NCBI RefSeq assembly: GCF_058153355.1
Contig: NZ_CM177019.1
Length of the DNA stretch: 64,000 bases
Direction: 5' to 3' (one strand)
The notes under the pieces: generated by a model
Told to the model about the DNA's origin: nothing
The model's database searches: none
What the model saw: only the letters and a program-made list of their open reading frames with translations
Made by a program: the position numbers and the translations under genes
In this document: piece after piece, positions 11,987 to 23,295 of the stretch
Numbering within the stretch: the first letter of the stretch is position 1
Layout: each line of letters starts with the position of its first letter

Positions 11987-14186
11987 TTATCGTGAGAATC
12001 TTCCCGGCCGTTGTGGCGGTACCTTATCCTGCTGGGGAGGATCAAAGGCTTCCTGTACACTTTTCCGTGGTGGCTCCGCCCCTTCAGTTCCAGGTCCGCC
12101 ATTGTCATAATCTGCCAGCGCTTTCAAAACCGCCGGTCGTAGCGTCGGCACCGGCGTTCCCGGACTACCGCCGCTATTGAGATTGATTTTCGGCCCGACG
12201 ATGTCCACGCCCCCTGAATGGATGACCACAAACGAACCACCCACCTTTAGGGTGATTTTACCGCCACTCTCCAGTACGATTTCATTCCGGACCTTCATTC
12301 CCAGCGCACCGGTAATCTTCCTCGCCAGGTCGCCCTTCACCTCCAGACTGTGCTTTCCCTCCACCAGGCTGATATGGTTCCCCGTCGTCTTATGCTCCTG
12401 CTTCCCTTCCACCGTCACTTTACGGTCGTTTCTGACATACAGGCCGTCATCGTGACTCACGCTCACCGTCCGGTCATTCGTCACCTTCAGCGTCTGGTCA
12501 TTACGTACCGTTATGCGCCGGTCGTTCGCCACCGTGATACTCTGGTCGTGACCCCCTTCTTTTCTGGTGCCGACCTCAACCGTCTGCCCCTTCACCACCC
12601 TTATCTTCTGGTCGTTACCGATGGTCTCCGTATGGTCATGCTTCACGTCCGTCGTCCGGTCGTTAAGCACCTCCGTGTCCATGTTCTTCTGCGCGTGGAT
12701 ATACACCTGCTCACTGTCCGTCGCATCCTCGAAACGCAGTTCATTAAAGCCGCTTCCTTTATAGGTCTTCGAGCGGATGGTCATCTGCGTCCGCGTGCCC
12801 GGTAAATCCCCCGGTGAACGGTTATCTTCATGGTAGGTCCGCCCCGTCACAATGGGCTGGTCCGGGTCGCCGTTCAGAAAGTCCACTATCACTTCCTGAC
12901 CCACACGCGGTATCGCCAGATTGCCGAACCCCGGTCCCGCCCATGCCTGCGACACCCGTATCCAGCACGAACTCTCCTCCGTCATCCCGTGATAACGGTC
13001 CCAGTGAAACTTCACCCGTACCCGGCCATGCTCGTCGCAGAATATCTCCTCACCCTTCGGCCCGGTCACGATGGCACTCTGCGGGCCGTCCACCTTCGGC
13101 TTCGGCAGCGGCGCGTGACGCCACGTCCTGTCTGCCGGTATCACCTCAAACTGATTGCTCAGTGTCGTCCCTTCACCGTGACTCCCGTGCAGCGCCTGCG
13201 GCTGTTCTCCCCGCAGTGTGCTTCCCACAACCTGCCATTCCCGGTTCAGCGTCTCTGAGGGATGGCCCGTCAGCCGGAACCGCGTTCCCGGCCACAGCCG
13301 CGCCGTGTTACACACCCCGCTCGCCGTCTCCGCCCCGTTCCGCCACCCTTCCGTCTGGTAACGCGCAAAATCCTGGCCATGCTGCTCATCCTTGAAACGC
13401 CCCGGATAATCAAATATCTCGTACTGCGTTCCCTGCCCGTTCAGGCTCTCCCCGTCATGGCTGTAGTACCCCGGCCACCCCGGCGTTTTGAACGTATAAT
13501 CCTGCGTCTCCACCGACGCCACGCTTATCTGCGCACGGTAACGAAACTCACTGATGTACTCCGTCGTTCCCCCGGTCGTGGTATTCGGGTTAAACGCCAG
13601 CGCCCCCATTCCCGTCAGCCCCGCCACGTCATCACACACCGCCAGCTTCTGCTCCGGCCCTTCCTGACCGCAGCGCTCATAAAAGAAGATACCTTCCTCC
13701 GCCCACAGCCGGGTCAGGAATGCCAGGTCGCTCTCCCCGTACTGCACGCAGAACTCCCGCGCCGGGTGCGCCTCATAGAACAGCGGCATCCACGCCGTCA
13801 CCCCGTTCTCTCTCAGAAGCTGTGCTGATATCGTCTGAATGTCCTGCTGCTGGAAGATACGGAAGTTCTGCCGTAACCCTGCCCGCCACAGCGGCGGGCT
13901 GATGCTCAGGGAATAACGCATCTGCCAGTCGTTGTTCTCACCGAGCTGCACCTCCGTCACGATACCGCTGACGTAACGCTGCGGGATATCACCCTGCCAG
14001 ACCGTCAGCACCGCGCTCTTCTCCAGAAAATCCTCCGCCATCAGGTCGGACAGCCCGCTGGCGATATCCACATCCAGGATGAACGACGTGCAGTGGTGCT
14101 GGTACAGACGGAAGCTCACCACCGCCGTCGCCATCTCCACGATACCGTCCACCGACAGCGTGAAACGTAATCCTTCTGAGGACATA
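11987..14186 (-). CDS. vgrG: Type VI secretion spike protein VgrG (gp27/gp5-like)
   Basis: About 733 aa from MSSEGLRFTL; characteristic VgrG N-terminus, gp5-like beta-helix repeats (VTVxNDRxxTV...) and Pro-rich C-terminal tail; the maximal ORF extends 11 codons further upstream. Confidence 0.85.
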
Positions 14187-14360
14187 TAAACCCCATAGCT
14201 ACCGCACTCATGGTGCAAACCATACGGGCTTATAAGAAAGGCTTAAGTGAGATATCTGCCAGATAGCAACTATTAGGAAAATATTTATATATATTTCATG
14301 AATATATATTTCGGTTGGTATAACGGTGTCTAAATATTCCTCTGAACATCTTCCTGATAC

Positions 14361-14394
14361 AAAAAAACCGCCAGCGTCTCCGCTGGCGGTTTTC
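14361..14394. terminator. Rho-independent terminator downstream of ybfA
   Basis: GC hairpin accgccagcg/cgctggcggt flanked by A-run and T-run. Confidence 0.6.
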
Positions 14395-14415
14395 TTTGAA
14401 CGTCATGTTTAGCAA

Positions 14416-14622
14416 TCAGTAAAAATCACCGGTTGCCTTTTCGGCCTGATCCATCCACACCGGTTTATCGCTGGTTTTCGACCAGACGCGATGCAGGTAG
14501 CTGTAAAAGCGGGCGCGGTCTTTCCAGAAAAGCATGAAAGGCAGCGCCAGGACGCCCGCTGCAACCGCATAAGTACGGCGTAAAAAGATAAGCCATGCAG
14601 GATATTCTCTGTAGAGTTCCAT
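14416..14622 (-). CDS. ybfA: DUF2517 small membrane protein YbfA
   Basis: 68-aa ORF recognised as YbfA. Confidence 0.8.
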
Positions 14623-14830
14623 ACTTTTCTCCCCCTTTTGTATCTACCCGGTGAATGGCACCGGAAAAATGAATTTGTTTATCTGATGAAAATAGTACCG
14701 CCTTTTGTGTAATTTTACTACTCATCCGACCACTTATTTTTGCTTATTGATGGTTTATTTACATTCACTCTGTAATTAAGTTACACAAAAGTTAAATTAA
14801 TACTAAACATTAGTTAAATCATGGCTTTTG

Positions 14831-14857
14831 CCATTTTTATACTTTTTTTACACCCCG
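14831..14857 (+). promoter_or_regulatory. T-rich KdpE operator in the kdpFABC promoter
   Basis: ccatttttatacttttttttacacc about 80 bp upstream of kdpF; recalled KdpE binding site. Confidence 0.5.
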
Positions 14858-14934
14858 TCCGCAGATTTTTGCGAAATCTTTGCAGCCAGAATTCTACCCT
14901 TCCGGTATCACTTTTAGGCCACTGGAGGTGCACT

Positions 14935-15024
14935 GTGAGTGCAGGCGTGATAACCGGCGTATTGCTGGTGTTTTTATTACTGGGTTATCTGGTTTATGCC
15001 CTGATCAATGCGGAGGCGTTCTGA
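14935..15024 (+). CDS. kdpF: Kdp-ATPase small subunit KdpF
   Basis: 29-aa hydrophobic peptide [29 protein letters not shown]; GTG start preceded by GGAGG; stop overlaps kdpA start. Confidence 0.8.
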
Positions 15025-16697
15025 TGGCTGCGCAAGGGTTCTTACTGATTGCCACGTTTTTACTGGTATTAATGGTACTGTCGCGTCCTTTAGGCAGCGG
15101 GCTGGCGCGGCTGATTAATGACATACCTCTTCCCGGTACAGCGGGCGTTGAGCGCGTACTTTTTCGTTTACCTGGCGTCTCTGACCGTGAGATGAACTGG
15201 AAGCAGTATCTCTGTGCCATTCTCGGCCTGAACATGCTGGGGCTGGCAGTGCTGTTTTTTATGTTGCTCGGTCAGCACTATCTGCCGCTTAACCCGCAGC
15301 AACTGCCGGGGCTGTCGTGGGATCTGGCGCTGAATACCGCCGTCAGCTTTGTCACGAATACCAACTGGCAATCTTACAGCGGTGAAACCACATTAAGCTA
15401 TTTCAGCCAGATGGTGGGCTTAACGGTACAAAACTTTCTTTCTGCCGCCAGCGGGATTGCGGTGATTTTTGCCCTCATCCGTGCATTTACCCGCCAGAGC
15501 ATGAGCACACTCGGGAATGCCTGGGTCGATCTGCTACGCATCACGTTATGGGTGCTAGTCCCTGTGGCGTTGTTGATCGCACTGTTTTTTATTCAACAAG
15601 GTGCGCTGCAAAACTTTCTGCCCTATCAGGCGGTGAATACCGTTGAAGGAGCGCAACAGCTGTTACCCATGGGGCCTGTAGCTTCTCAGGAAGCGATCAA
15701 GATGCTCGGTACTAACGGCGGTGGCTTCTTTAATGCCAACTCGTCGCATCCGTTTGAAAACCCAACCGCACTGACCAACTTCGTGCAGATGCTGGCGATT
15801 TTCTTGATCCCAACAGCGCTGTGCTTTGCCTTTGGTGAAGTGGCAGGCGATCGCCGCCAGGGGCGCATGTTGCTGTGGGCGATGTCAGTGATTTTTGTCA
15901 TCTGCGTAGGCGTGGTGATGTGGGCAGAAGTTCAGGGTAATCCTCATCTGCTGGCGCTGGGTGCGGACAGCAGCATCAATATGGAAGGTAAAGAGAGCCG
16001 TTTCGGCGTGCTGGTCAGTAGCCTGTTTGCGGTCGTGACTACAGCGGCTTCCTGTGGCGCGGTGATTGCGATGCATGATTCGTTTACCGCTCTCGGCGGC
16101 ATGGTGCCGATGTGGCTGATGCAAATTGGTGAAGTGGTGTTCGGCGGTGTCGGTTCTGGTCTTTACGGCATGATGCTGTTTGTCCTGCTGGCGGTGTTTA
16201 TTGCTGGGCTGATGATTGGTCGTACGCCGGAATATCTGGGTAAAAAAATCGACGTACGCGAGATGAAACTGACCGCACTGGCGATTCTGGTCACTCCAAC
16301 GCTGGTACTGATGGGCGCAGCACTGGCGATGATGACCGACGCCGGACGTAGCGCCATGCTCAACCCTGGCCCGCATGGTTTTAGCGAAGTGCTGTACGCC
16401 GTGTCATCCGCCGCTAACAACAACGGCAGCGCCTTTGCCGGATTAAGCGCCAACTCTCCGTTCTGGAACTGTTTACTGGCGTTCTGCATGTTTGTCGGTC
16501 GCTTCGGGGTGATTATCCCGGTAATGGCAATTGCCGGTTCGCTGGTGAGTAAAAAGAGCCAACCCGCCAGCTCCGGCACGCTGCCAACGCACGGCCCGCT
16601 GTTTGTTGGCCTGTTAATCGGCACCGTGTTGCTGGTTGGCGCACTGACCTTTATCCCTGCCCTGGCGCTTGGTCCGGTGGCGGAATATCTCTCCTGA
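15024..16697 (+). CDS. kdpA: Potassium-transporting ATPase subunit A
   Basis: 557 aa from [12 protein letters not shown]...; the six-frame ORF over-extends upstream. Confidence 0.9.
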   Translation: MAAQGFLLIATFLLVLMVLSRPLGSGLARLINDIPLPGTAGVERVLFRLPGVSDREMNWKQYLCAILGLNMLGLAVLFFMLLGQHYLPLNPQQLPGLSWDLALNTAVSFVTNTNWQSYSGETTLSYFSQMVGLTVQNFLSAASGIAVIFALIRAFTRQSMSTLGNAWVDLLRITLWVLVPVALLIALFFIQQGALQNFLPYQAVNTVEGAQQLLPMGPVASQEAIKMLGTNGGGFFNANSSHPFENPTALTNFVQMLAIFLIPTALCFAFGEVAGDRRQGRMLLWAMSVIFVICVGVVMWAEVQGNPHLLALGADSSINMEGKESRFGVLVSSLFAVVTTAASCGAVIAMHDSFTALGGMVPMWLMQIGEVVFGGVGSGLYGMMLFVLLAVFIAGLMIGRTPEYLGKKIDVREMKLTALAILVTPTLVLMGAALAMMTDAGRSAMLNPGPHGFSEVLYAVSSAANNNGSAFAGLSANSPFWNCLLAFCMFVGRFGVIIPVMAIAGSLVSKKSQPASSGTLPTHGPLFVGLLIGTVLLVGALTFIPALALGPVAEYLS

Positions 16698-16719
16698 TGA
16701 TATTGAGTGAGCACTGAAT

Positions 16720-18768
16720 ATGAGTCGTAAACAACTGGCGCTATTCGAACCAACACTTGTCGTTCAGGCGCTGAAAGAAGCGGTGAAAAAATTAAACCCG
16801 CAGGCGCAATGGCGCAATCCGGTGATGTTTATCGTCTGGATCGGCAGTCTGCTGACCACCTGTATTAGCATCGCGATGGCAAGCGGCGTGATGCCTGGCA
16901 ATGCGCTGTTTAGCGCGGCAATTAGCGGCTGGCTGTGGGTCACCGTACTGTTCGCTAATTTCGCCGAGGCGCTGGCAGAAGGCCGCAGTAAAGCGCAGGC
17001 CAACAGTCTGAAAGGGGTGAAAAAAACTGCCTTTGCCCGCAAGCTGCGTGAGCCGAAATATGGCGCTGTGGCAGACAAAGTTCCTGCCGATCAACTGCGT
17101 AAAGGCGATATCGTACTAGTAGAAGCTGGCGATATTATCCCCTGCGATGGTGAAGTCATTGAAGGGGGTGCATCGGTCGATGAAAGCGCCATCACTGGGG
17201 AATCGGCACCGGTGATCCGTGAATCCGGTGGCGATTTTGCCTCCGTCACTGGCGGCACGCGTATTCTTTCTGACTGGCTGGTGATTGAGTGCAGCGTTAA
17301 CCCCGGTGAGACATTTCTGGATCGGATGATCGCGATGGTGGAAGGCGCGCAGCGACGTAAAACGCCGAACGAGATTGCCCTGACCATTCTGCTGATTGCC
17401 CTGACTATCGTCTTTTTACTGGCAACCGCCACGCTGTGGCCGTTTTCCGCGTGGGGCGGTAATGCAGTCAGCGTAACGGTACTGGTGGCGCTGTTGGTCT
17501 GTCTGATCCCAACCACTATTGGCGGCCTGTTGTCAGCGATCGGCGTCGCCGGAATGAGTCGGATGCTGGGCGCGAATGTGATTGCCACCAGCGGACGTGC
17601 AGTTGAAGCGGCGGGCGACGTGGACGTCCTGCTGCTGGATAAAACCGGCACCATCACACTCGGTAACCGTCAGGCATCAGAGTTTATCCCTGCGCAGGGC
17701 GTAGAGGAAAAAACGCTGGCCGACGCAGCACAACTGGCTTCGCTGGCCGACGAAACGCCGGAAGGCCGCAGTATTGTGATCCTCGCCAAGCAGCGTTTTA
17801 ACCTGCGCGAGCGCGATGTGCAGTCGCTTCACGCCACTTTTGTACCGTTTACTGCGCAAAGTCGAATGAGCGGGATCAATATCGACAACCGTATGATCCG
17901 TAAAGGTTCTGTCGATGCCATTCGCCGCCATATTGAAGCTAACGGTGGTCACTTCCCTGCCGATGTCGATCAAAAAGTCGATCAGGTTGCGCGTCAGGGG
18001 GCCACGCCTCTGGTAGTGGTGGAAGGTTCCCGCGTGCTGGGCGTTATTGGGCTGAAAGATATCGTCAAAGGCGGCATTAAAGAGCGCTTCGCCCAACTGC
18101 GCAAAATGGGCATTAAAACGGTGATGATTACCGGTGATAACCGTCTGACTGCCGCCGCGATAGCTGCGGAAGCGGGTGTCGATGATTTTCTCGCCGAAGC
18201 GACACCGGAGGCCAAGCTGGCATTGATTCGTCAGTATCAGGCGGAAGGCCGTTTGGTGGCGATGACCGGCGACGGCACCAACGATGCTCCGGCGCTGGCG
18301 CAGGCAGATGTCGCGGTAGCGATGAACTCCGGCACTCAGGCGGCGAAAGAAGCGGGCAATATGGTGGATCTCGACTCTAACCCGACCAAGTTGATCGAGG
18401 TGGTGCATATTGGCAAACAGATGCTGATGACCCGTGGCTCGCTCACTACCTTCAGCATCGCCAACGATGTGGCGAAATACTTCGCCATTATTCCGGCGGC
18501 GTTCGCGGCAACGTATCCGCAGTTAAATGCGCTGAACATCATGCGCCTGCATTCGCCCGACTCCGCCATTCTCAGTGCGGTCATTTTCAACGCCTTGATT
18601 ATCGTCTTTTTGATTCCCCTGGCGTTAAAAGGCGTGAGTTATAAACCGCTTACCGCTTCTGCCATGTTGCGCCGTAACTTATGGATTTACGGTCTGGGTG
18701 GGCTGCTGGTGCCGTTTATTGGTATCAAAGTCATTGATTTACTGCTGACCGTTTGCGGTCTGGTGTGA
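16720..18768 (+). CDS. kdpB: Potassium-transporting P-type ATPase subunit B
   Basis: 682 aa; P-type ATPase motifs DKTGTIT and [12 protein letters not shown]. Confidence 0.95.
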   Translation: MSRKQLALFEPTLVVQALKEAVKKLNPQAQWRNPVMFIVWIGSLLTTCISIAMASGVMPGNALFSAAISGWLWVTVLFANFAEALAEGRSKAQANSLKGVKKTAFARKLREPKYGAVADKVPADQLRKGDIVLVEAGDIIPCDGEVIEGGASVDESAITGESAPVIRESGGDFASVTGGTRILSDWLVIECSVNPGETFLDRMIAMVEGAQRRKTPNEIALTILLIALTIVFLLATATLWPFSAWGGNAVSVTVLVALLVCLIPTTIGGLLSAIGVAGMSRMLGANVIATSGRAVEAAGDVDVLLLDKTGTITLGNRQASEFIPAQGVEEKTLADAAQLASLADETPEGRSIVILAKQRFNLRERDVQSLHATFVPFTAQSRMSGINIDNRMIRKGSVDAIRRHIEANGGHFPADVDQKVDQVARQGATPLVVVEGSRVLGVIGLKDIVKGGIKERFAQLRKMGIKTVMITGDNRLTAAAIAAEAGVDDFLAEATPEAKLALIRQYQAEGRLVAMTGDGTNDAPALAQADVAVAMNSGTQAAKEAGNMVDLDSNPTKLIEVVHIGKQMLMTRGSLTTFSIANDVAKYFAIIPAAFAATYPQLNALNIMRLHSPDSAILSAVIFNALIIVFLIPLALKGVSYKPLTASAMLRRNLWIYGLGGLLVPFIGIKVIDLLLTVCGLV

Positions 18769-18776
18769 GGTTTACC

Positions 18777-19349
18777 ATGAGTGGATTACGTCCGGCATTA
18801 TCAACATTTCTCTTTTTGTTACTGATTACTGGCGGTGTTTACCCGCTGCTGACCACCGCGCTGGGGCAATGGTGGTTTCCCTGGCAGGCCAATGGTTCGT
18901 TGATTCGCGAAGGTGATACGGTGCGCGGCTCGGCATTAATCGGGCAGAATTTTACCGGCAACGGCTATTTTCATGGTCGCCCGTCGGCAACGGCAGAAAT
19001 GCCCTATAATCCACAGGCTTCTGGCGGGAGCAATCTGGCGGTCAGTAACCCTGAGCTGGATAAACAAATCGCTGCACGCGTTGCCGCATTACGGGCCGCT
19101 AACCCGGACGCCAGCACGAGCGTTCCGGTTGAACTGGTGACGGCGTCAGCAAGCGGGCTGGACAATAACATTACCCCGCAAGCGGCGGCCTGGCAGATTC
19201 CTCGCGTGGCGAAAGCGCGTAATCTCAGCGTTGAACAGCTCACGCAGCTGATCGCAAAATATAGCCAACAACCGCTGGTGAAATATATCGGCCAGCCGGT
19301 CGTCAACATTGTCGAACTCAATCTGGCGCTGGATAAGCTTGATGAATAA
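18777..19349 (+). CDS. kdpC: Potassium-transporting ATPase subunit C
   Basis: 190 aa from [11 protein letters not shown]... Confidence 0.9.
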   Translation: MSGLRPALSTFLFLLLITGGVYPLLTTALGQWWFPWQANGSLIREGDTVRGSALIGQNFTGNGYFHGRPSATAEMPYNPQASGGSNLAVSNPELDKQIAARVAALRAANPDASTSVPVELVTASASGLDNNITPQAAAWQIPRVAKARNLSVEQLTQLIAKYSQQPLVKYIGQPVVNIVELNLALDKLDE

Positions 19350-22026
19350 CGAACCCTTACGTCCCGACCCCGATCGTCTGCTGGAACAAACTGCCGCGCC
19401 GCACCGGGGGAAGCTGAAAGTTTTTTTCGGTGCCTGTGCAGGCGTCGGGAAGACCTGGGCGATGCTGGCAGAAGCCCAACGACTGCGGGCGCAAGGGCTG
19501 GATATTGTGGTTGGCGTGGTTGAAACTCACGGACGGAAAGATACCGCCGCAATGCTGGAAGGGCTGGCTGTTCTGCCGCTAAAACGCCAGGCGTACCGTG
19601 GGCGGCATATCAGCGAGTTTGATCTCGATGCCGCCCTCGCCCGCCGTCCGGCGCTGATCTTAATGGACGAACTGGCGCACAGTAATGCGCCAGGTTCTCG
19701 TCATCCTAAACGCTGGCAGGACATTGAAGAGCTGCTGGAAGCAGGCATTGATGTTTTCACTACCGTCAACGTTCAGCATCTGGAAAGTCTGAATGATGTG
19801 GTCAGTGGCGTCACCGGAATTCAGGTACGGGAAACCGTGCCCGATCCTTTTTTTGATGCTGCCGACGACGTGGTGCTGGTGGACTTGCCCCCGGACGATC
19901 TGCGCCAGCGGCTGAAAGAAGGCAAAGTCTATATTGCCGGGCAGGCGGAGCGCGCCATTGAACACTTTTTCCGCAAAGGCAATCTGATCGCCCTGCGCGA
20001 ACTGGCACTGCGCCGTACTGCCGATCGCGTAGATGAGCAAATGCGCGCCTGGCGGGGGCATCCTGGCAAAGAGAAAGTCTGGCACACGCGCGACGCGATC
20101 CTTTTATGTATTGGGCATAACACCGGCAGCGAAAAACTGGTCCGCGCGGCGGCGCGGTTGGCGTCACGGCTGGGGAGCATCTGGCACGCGGTGTATGTTG
20201 AAACCCCTGCCCTGCACCGCTTACCGGAGAAAAAACGTCGGGCAATTCTCAGCGCCTTACGTCTGGCGCAGGAGCTGGGCGCGGAGACGGCAACACTTTC
20301 TGATCCAGCGGAAGAGAAAGCGGTAGTGCGTTATGCCCGTGAACATAATCTCGGCAAGATTATTCTCGGTCGCCCGGCCTCGCGCCGCTGGTGGCGTCGG
20401 GAAACGTTTGCTGACCGACTGGCGCGAATCGCCCCCGATCTCGATCAGGTGCTGGTCGCGCTTGATGAACCACCCGCCCGCACGATTAACAACGCGCCGG
20501 ATAGCCGCTCTTTTAAAGACAAGTGGCGGGTACAGATTCAGGGATGCGTGGTTGCCGCCGCGTTATGCGCCGTTATCACCTTAATTGCCATGCAGTGGCT
20601 GATGGCGTTTGATGCCGCCAACCTAGTGATGCTGTATCTGCTTGGCGTGGTGGTGGTGGCGCTATTTTATGGACGCTGGCCTTCGGTGCTTGCTACCGTC
20701 ATTAATGTGGTGAGTTTCGATCTCTTTTTTATCGCCCCACGCGGCACGCTCGCCGTCTCTGATGTGCAGTATCTGCTGACTTTCGCGGTGATGTTAACCG
20801 TCGGGCTGGTGATCGGGAATCTTACTGCTGGCGTACGTTATCAGGCGCGGGTAGCCCGTTACCGCGAGCAACGCACACGACACTTATATGAAATGTCGAA
20901 AGCTCTGGCTGTGGGACGCAGTCCGCAGGACATCGCCGCCACCAGCGAACAATTTATTGCTTCCACGTTTCATGCCCGCAGTCAGGTGTTGTTGCCCGAT
21001 GACAACGGCAAATTGCAGCCGTTGACACATCCGCAAGGAATGACGCCGTGGGACGATGCCATCGCGCAATGGAGTTTTGATAAAGGCCTGCCTGCGGGCG
21101 CGGGCACCGACACGTTACCCGGTGTGCCATACCAGATTTTGCCGTTAAAAAGCGGCGAGAAAACCTACGGACTGGTGGTGGTGGAACCGGGGAATCTGCG
21201 CCAGTTGATGATCCCGGAACAGCAACGCCTGCTGGAGACGTTCACGCTGTTAGTTGCCAATGCCCTGGAACGCCTGGCACTGACCGCCAGCGAAGAACAG
21301 GCGCGGATGGCAAGCGAACGAGAACAGATCCGCAACGCCCTGCTGGCGGCGCTTTCGCATGATTTACGCACGCCGCTTACGGTGCTGTTCGGTCAGGCAG
21401 AAATCTTAACGCTCGATCTGGCAAGCGAAGGATCGCCTCACGCCCGCCAGGCCAGCGAGATTCGTCAGCATGTGCTGAACACGACCCGACTGGTGAATAA
21501 TCTACTGGATATGGCGCGAATTCAGTCCGGCGGCTTTAATTTGAAGAAAGAGTGGTTAACGCTGGAAGAAGTGGTCGGCAGCGCGCTGCAAATGCTGGAA
21601 CCGGGTTTATCCTCGCCCATCAACCTTTCTCTGCCAGAACCGCTGACCTTAATCCACGTTGACGGGCCACTCTTTGAACGGGTGCTGATTAATCTGCTGG
21701 AGAACGCGGTGAAATACGCGGGTGCGCAGGCCGAAATTGGTATCGATGCCCACGTTGAGGGCGAAAATCTACAACTGGATGTCTGGGATAACGGCCCCGG
21801 TCTTCCACAAGGCCTGGAGCAGGCGATATTCGATAAGTTTGCTCGTGGAAATAAAGAGTCGGCGGTGCCGGGCGTTGGGCTTGGGCTGGCAATTTGTCGG
21901 GCGATTGTGGATGTACACGACGGCACCATTACCGCGTTCAACCGACCGCAAGGTGGTGCCTGTTTTCGTGTTACACTTCCCCAGCAAACTGCCCCTGAAC
22001 TTGAAGAATTTCATGAGGATATGTGA
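19342..22026 (+). CDS. kdpD: Sensor histidine kinase KdpD
   Basis: 894 aa from [14 protein letters not shown]; histidine-kinase H-box (LSHDLRTPL) and ATPase motifs; start overlaps kdpC stop. Confidence 0.9.
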   Translation: MNNEPLRPDPDRLLEQTAAPHRGKLKVFFGACAGVGKTWAMLAEAQRLRAQGLDIVVGVVETHGRKDTAAMLEGLAVLPLKRQAYRGRHISEFDLDAALARRPALILMDELAHSNAPGSRHPKRWQDIEELLEAGIDVFTTVNVQHLESLNDVVSGVTGIQVRETVPDPFFDAADDVVLVDLPPDDLRQRLKEGKVYIAGQAERAIEHFFRKGNLIALRELALRRTADRVDEQMRAWRGHPGKEKVWHTRDAILLCIGHNTGSEKLVRAAARLASRLGSIWHAVYVETPALHRLPEKKRRAILSALRLAQELGAETATLSDPAEEKAVVRYAREHNLGKIILGRPASRRWWRRETFADRLARIAPDLDQVLVALDEPPARTINNAPDSRSFKDKWRVQIQGCVVAAALCAVITLIAMQWLMAFDAANLVMLYLLGVVVVALFYGRWPSVLATVINVVSFDLFFIAPRGTLAVSDVQYLLTFAVMLTVGLVIGNLTAGVRYQARVARYREQRTRHLYEMSKALAVGRSPQDIAATSEQFIASTFHARSQVLLPDDNGKLQPLTHPQGMTPWDDAIAQWSFDKGLPAGAGTDTLPGVPYQILPLKSGEKTYGLVVVEPGNLRQLMIPEQQRLLETFTLLVANALERLALTASEEQARMASEREQIRNALLAALSHDLRTPLTVLFGQAEILTLDLASEGSPHARQASEIRQHVLNTTRLVNNLLDMARIQSGGFNLKKEWLTLEEVVGSALQMLEPGLSSPINLSLPEPLTLIHVDGPLFERVLINLLENAVKYAGAQAEIGIDAHVEGENLQLDVWDNGPGLPQGLEQAIFDKFARGNKESAVPGVGLGLAICRAIVDVHDGTITAFNRPQGGACFRVTLPQQTAPELEEFHEDM

Positions 22027-22700
22027 CAAACGTTCTGATTGTTGAAGATGAACAGGCTATTCGTCGCTTTCTGCGCACAGCGCTGGAGGGCGATGGGATG
22101 CGCGTCTTTGAGGCCGAAACGCTGCAACGCGGCTTGCTGGAAGCGGCAACCCGTAAGCCAGATTTGATTATTCTCGATCTCGGCCTGCCAGACGGTGATG
22201 GGATTGAGTTTATCCGCGACCTGCGCCAGTGGAGCGCGGTGCCAGTAATTGTGCTTTCCGCCCGCAGCGAAGAGAGCGACAAAATCGCCGCGCTGGATGC
22301 CGGAGCGGATGATTACCTGAGTAAGCCATTTGGTATTGGCGAATTACAGGCCCGTCTGCGCGTTGCTTTACGCCGCCACTCTGCTACCACCGCGCCCGAT
22401 CCGCTGGTGAAATTTTCTGATGTTACCGTCGATTTAGCCGCCCGCGTAATCCACCGCGGCGAGGAAGAGGTGCACCTCACACCGCTTGAGTTCCGCCTGC
22501 TGGCGGTGCTGCTCAACAACGCCGGAAAAGTGCTCACCCAGCGCCAGCTCCTCAACCAGGTGTGGGGGCCAAATGCGGTCGAACACAGCCACTATTTGCG
22601 TATATATATGGGGCATCTGCGACAAAAACTGGAGCAAGATCCCGCCCGCCCTCGCCATTTTATTACTGAAACCGGTATTGGGTATCGGTTTATGCTTTGA
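22023..22700 (+). CDS. kdpE: Response regulator KdpE (OmpR family)
   Basis: 225 aa; receiver domain plus winged-helix; overlaps kdpD stop by 4 bp. Confidence 0.9.
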   Translation: MTNVLIVEDEQAIRRFLRTALEGDGMRVFEAETLQRGLLEAATRKPDLIILDLGLPDGDGIEFIRDLRQWSAVPVIVLSARSEESDKIAALDAGADDYLSKPFGIGELQARLRVALRRHSATTAPDPLVKFSDVTVDLAARVIHRGEEEVHLTPLEFRLLAVLLNNAGKVLTQRQLLNQVWGPNAVEHSHYLRIYMGHLRQKLEQDPARPRHFITETGIGYRFML

Positions 22701-22933
22701 ATGTTAATTTTAATATATCCTGTCTTTTATTAATTAAAGCCGTAATAATAAATACGGCTTTTTATCTTAAACAACACACAAAAATAACAATTCAATATTT
22801 TATATTACTGAGTGAAAAACTCATCATTAAATAAATTAAGGTTGATCATTTTTTATTGATCACCTTCACAGTTCAACCGTATTTTCTGGATAGAATACCT
22901 TCACCTTCATTCACATCAGGAAAGGTAAATCAA

Positions 22934-23038
22934 ATGGAAAACAACAGCCGCACTATGCCCCATATAAGGCGGACAACCCATATTATGAAGTTTGCTCATC
23001 GTAATAGCTTCGACTTTCACTTCTTCAATGCCCGTTAG
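22934..23038 (+). CDS. speFL: speF leader (ornithine-sensing arrest peptide) SpeFL
   Basis: 34-aa ORF MENNSRTMPHIRRTTHIMKFAHRNSFDFHFFNAR about 260 bp upstream of speF. Confidence 0.75.
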   Translation: MENNSRTMPHIRRTTHIMKFAHRNSFDFHFFNAR

Positions 23039-23295
23039 TCTGTCGACTAAGGGCACTTCAGCGTACAGGTCTTCCTGACTCTCTGTATTACAGGCATACG
23101 CCTGTATTCCGCAGTGCTCATTCTCTGTTAACCCTTATATTATCAGCCACCGGACTGGTAAGGGTTTCTGCATTCTGAAAAAAGCAATCTACTGATTTAT
23201 TTATCAGCGGGGTAACTTTGCTTTTTTTCCGGCACGATCGATTTCTCATTCGAGAAATTGAGGACCTGCTATTACCTAAACTAAAGAGATGAAAA

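Noticed and set aside
12350-13902. Several long plus-strand ORFs (151-193 aa) overlapping vgrG
   Set aside because: They lie antisense to a strongly supported VgrG ORF, are Pro/Arg/Ser-rich low-complexity translations typical of GC-rich antisense frames, and lack start-site signals
14821-16697. Maximal ORFs extending kdpA (605 aa from 14880) and the 67-aa ORF 14821-15024
   Set aside because: The true genes are kdpF (14935-15024) and kdpA from the internal ATG at 15024; the extensions lack ribosome-binding sites and overlap the promoter
16163-18408. Minus-strand ORFs of 197 and 243 aa inside kdpA/kdpB
   Set aside because: Antisense to well-recognised kdpA/kdpB coding sequence; low-complexity composition; no ribosome-binding sites
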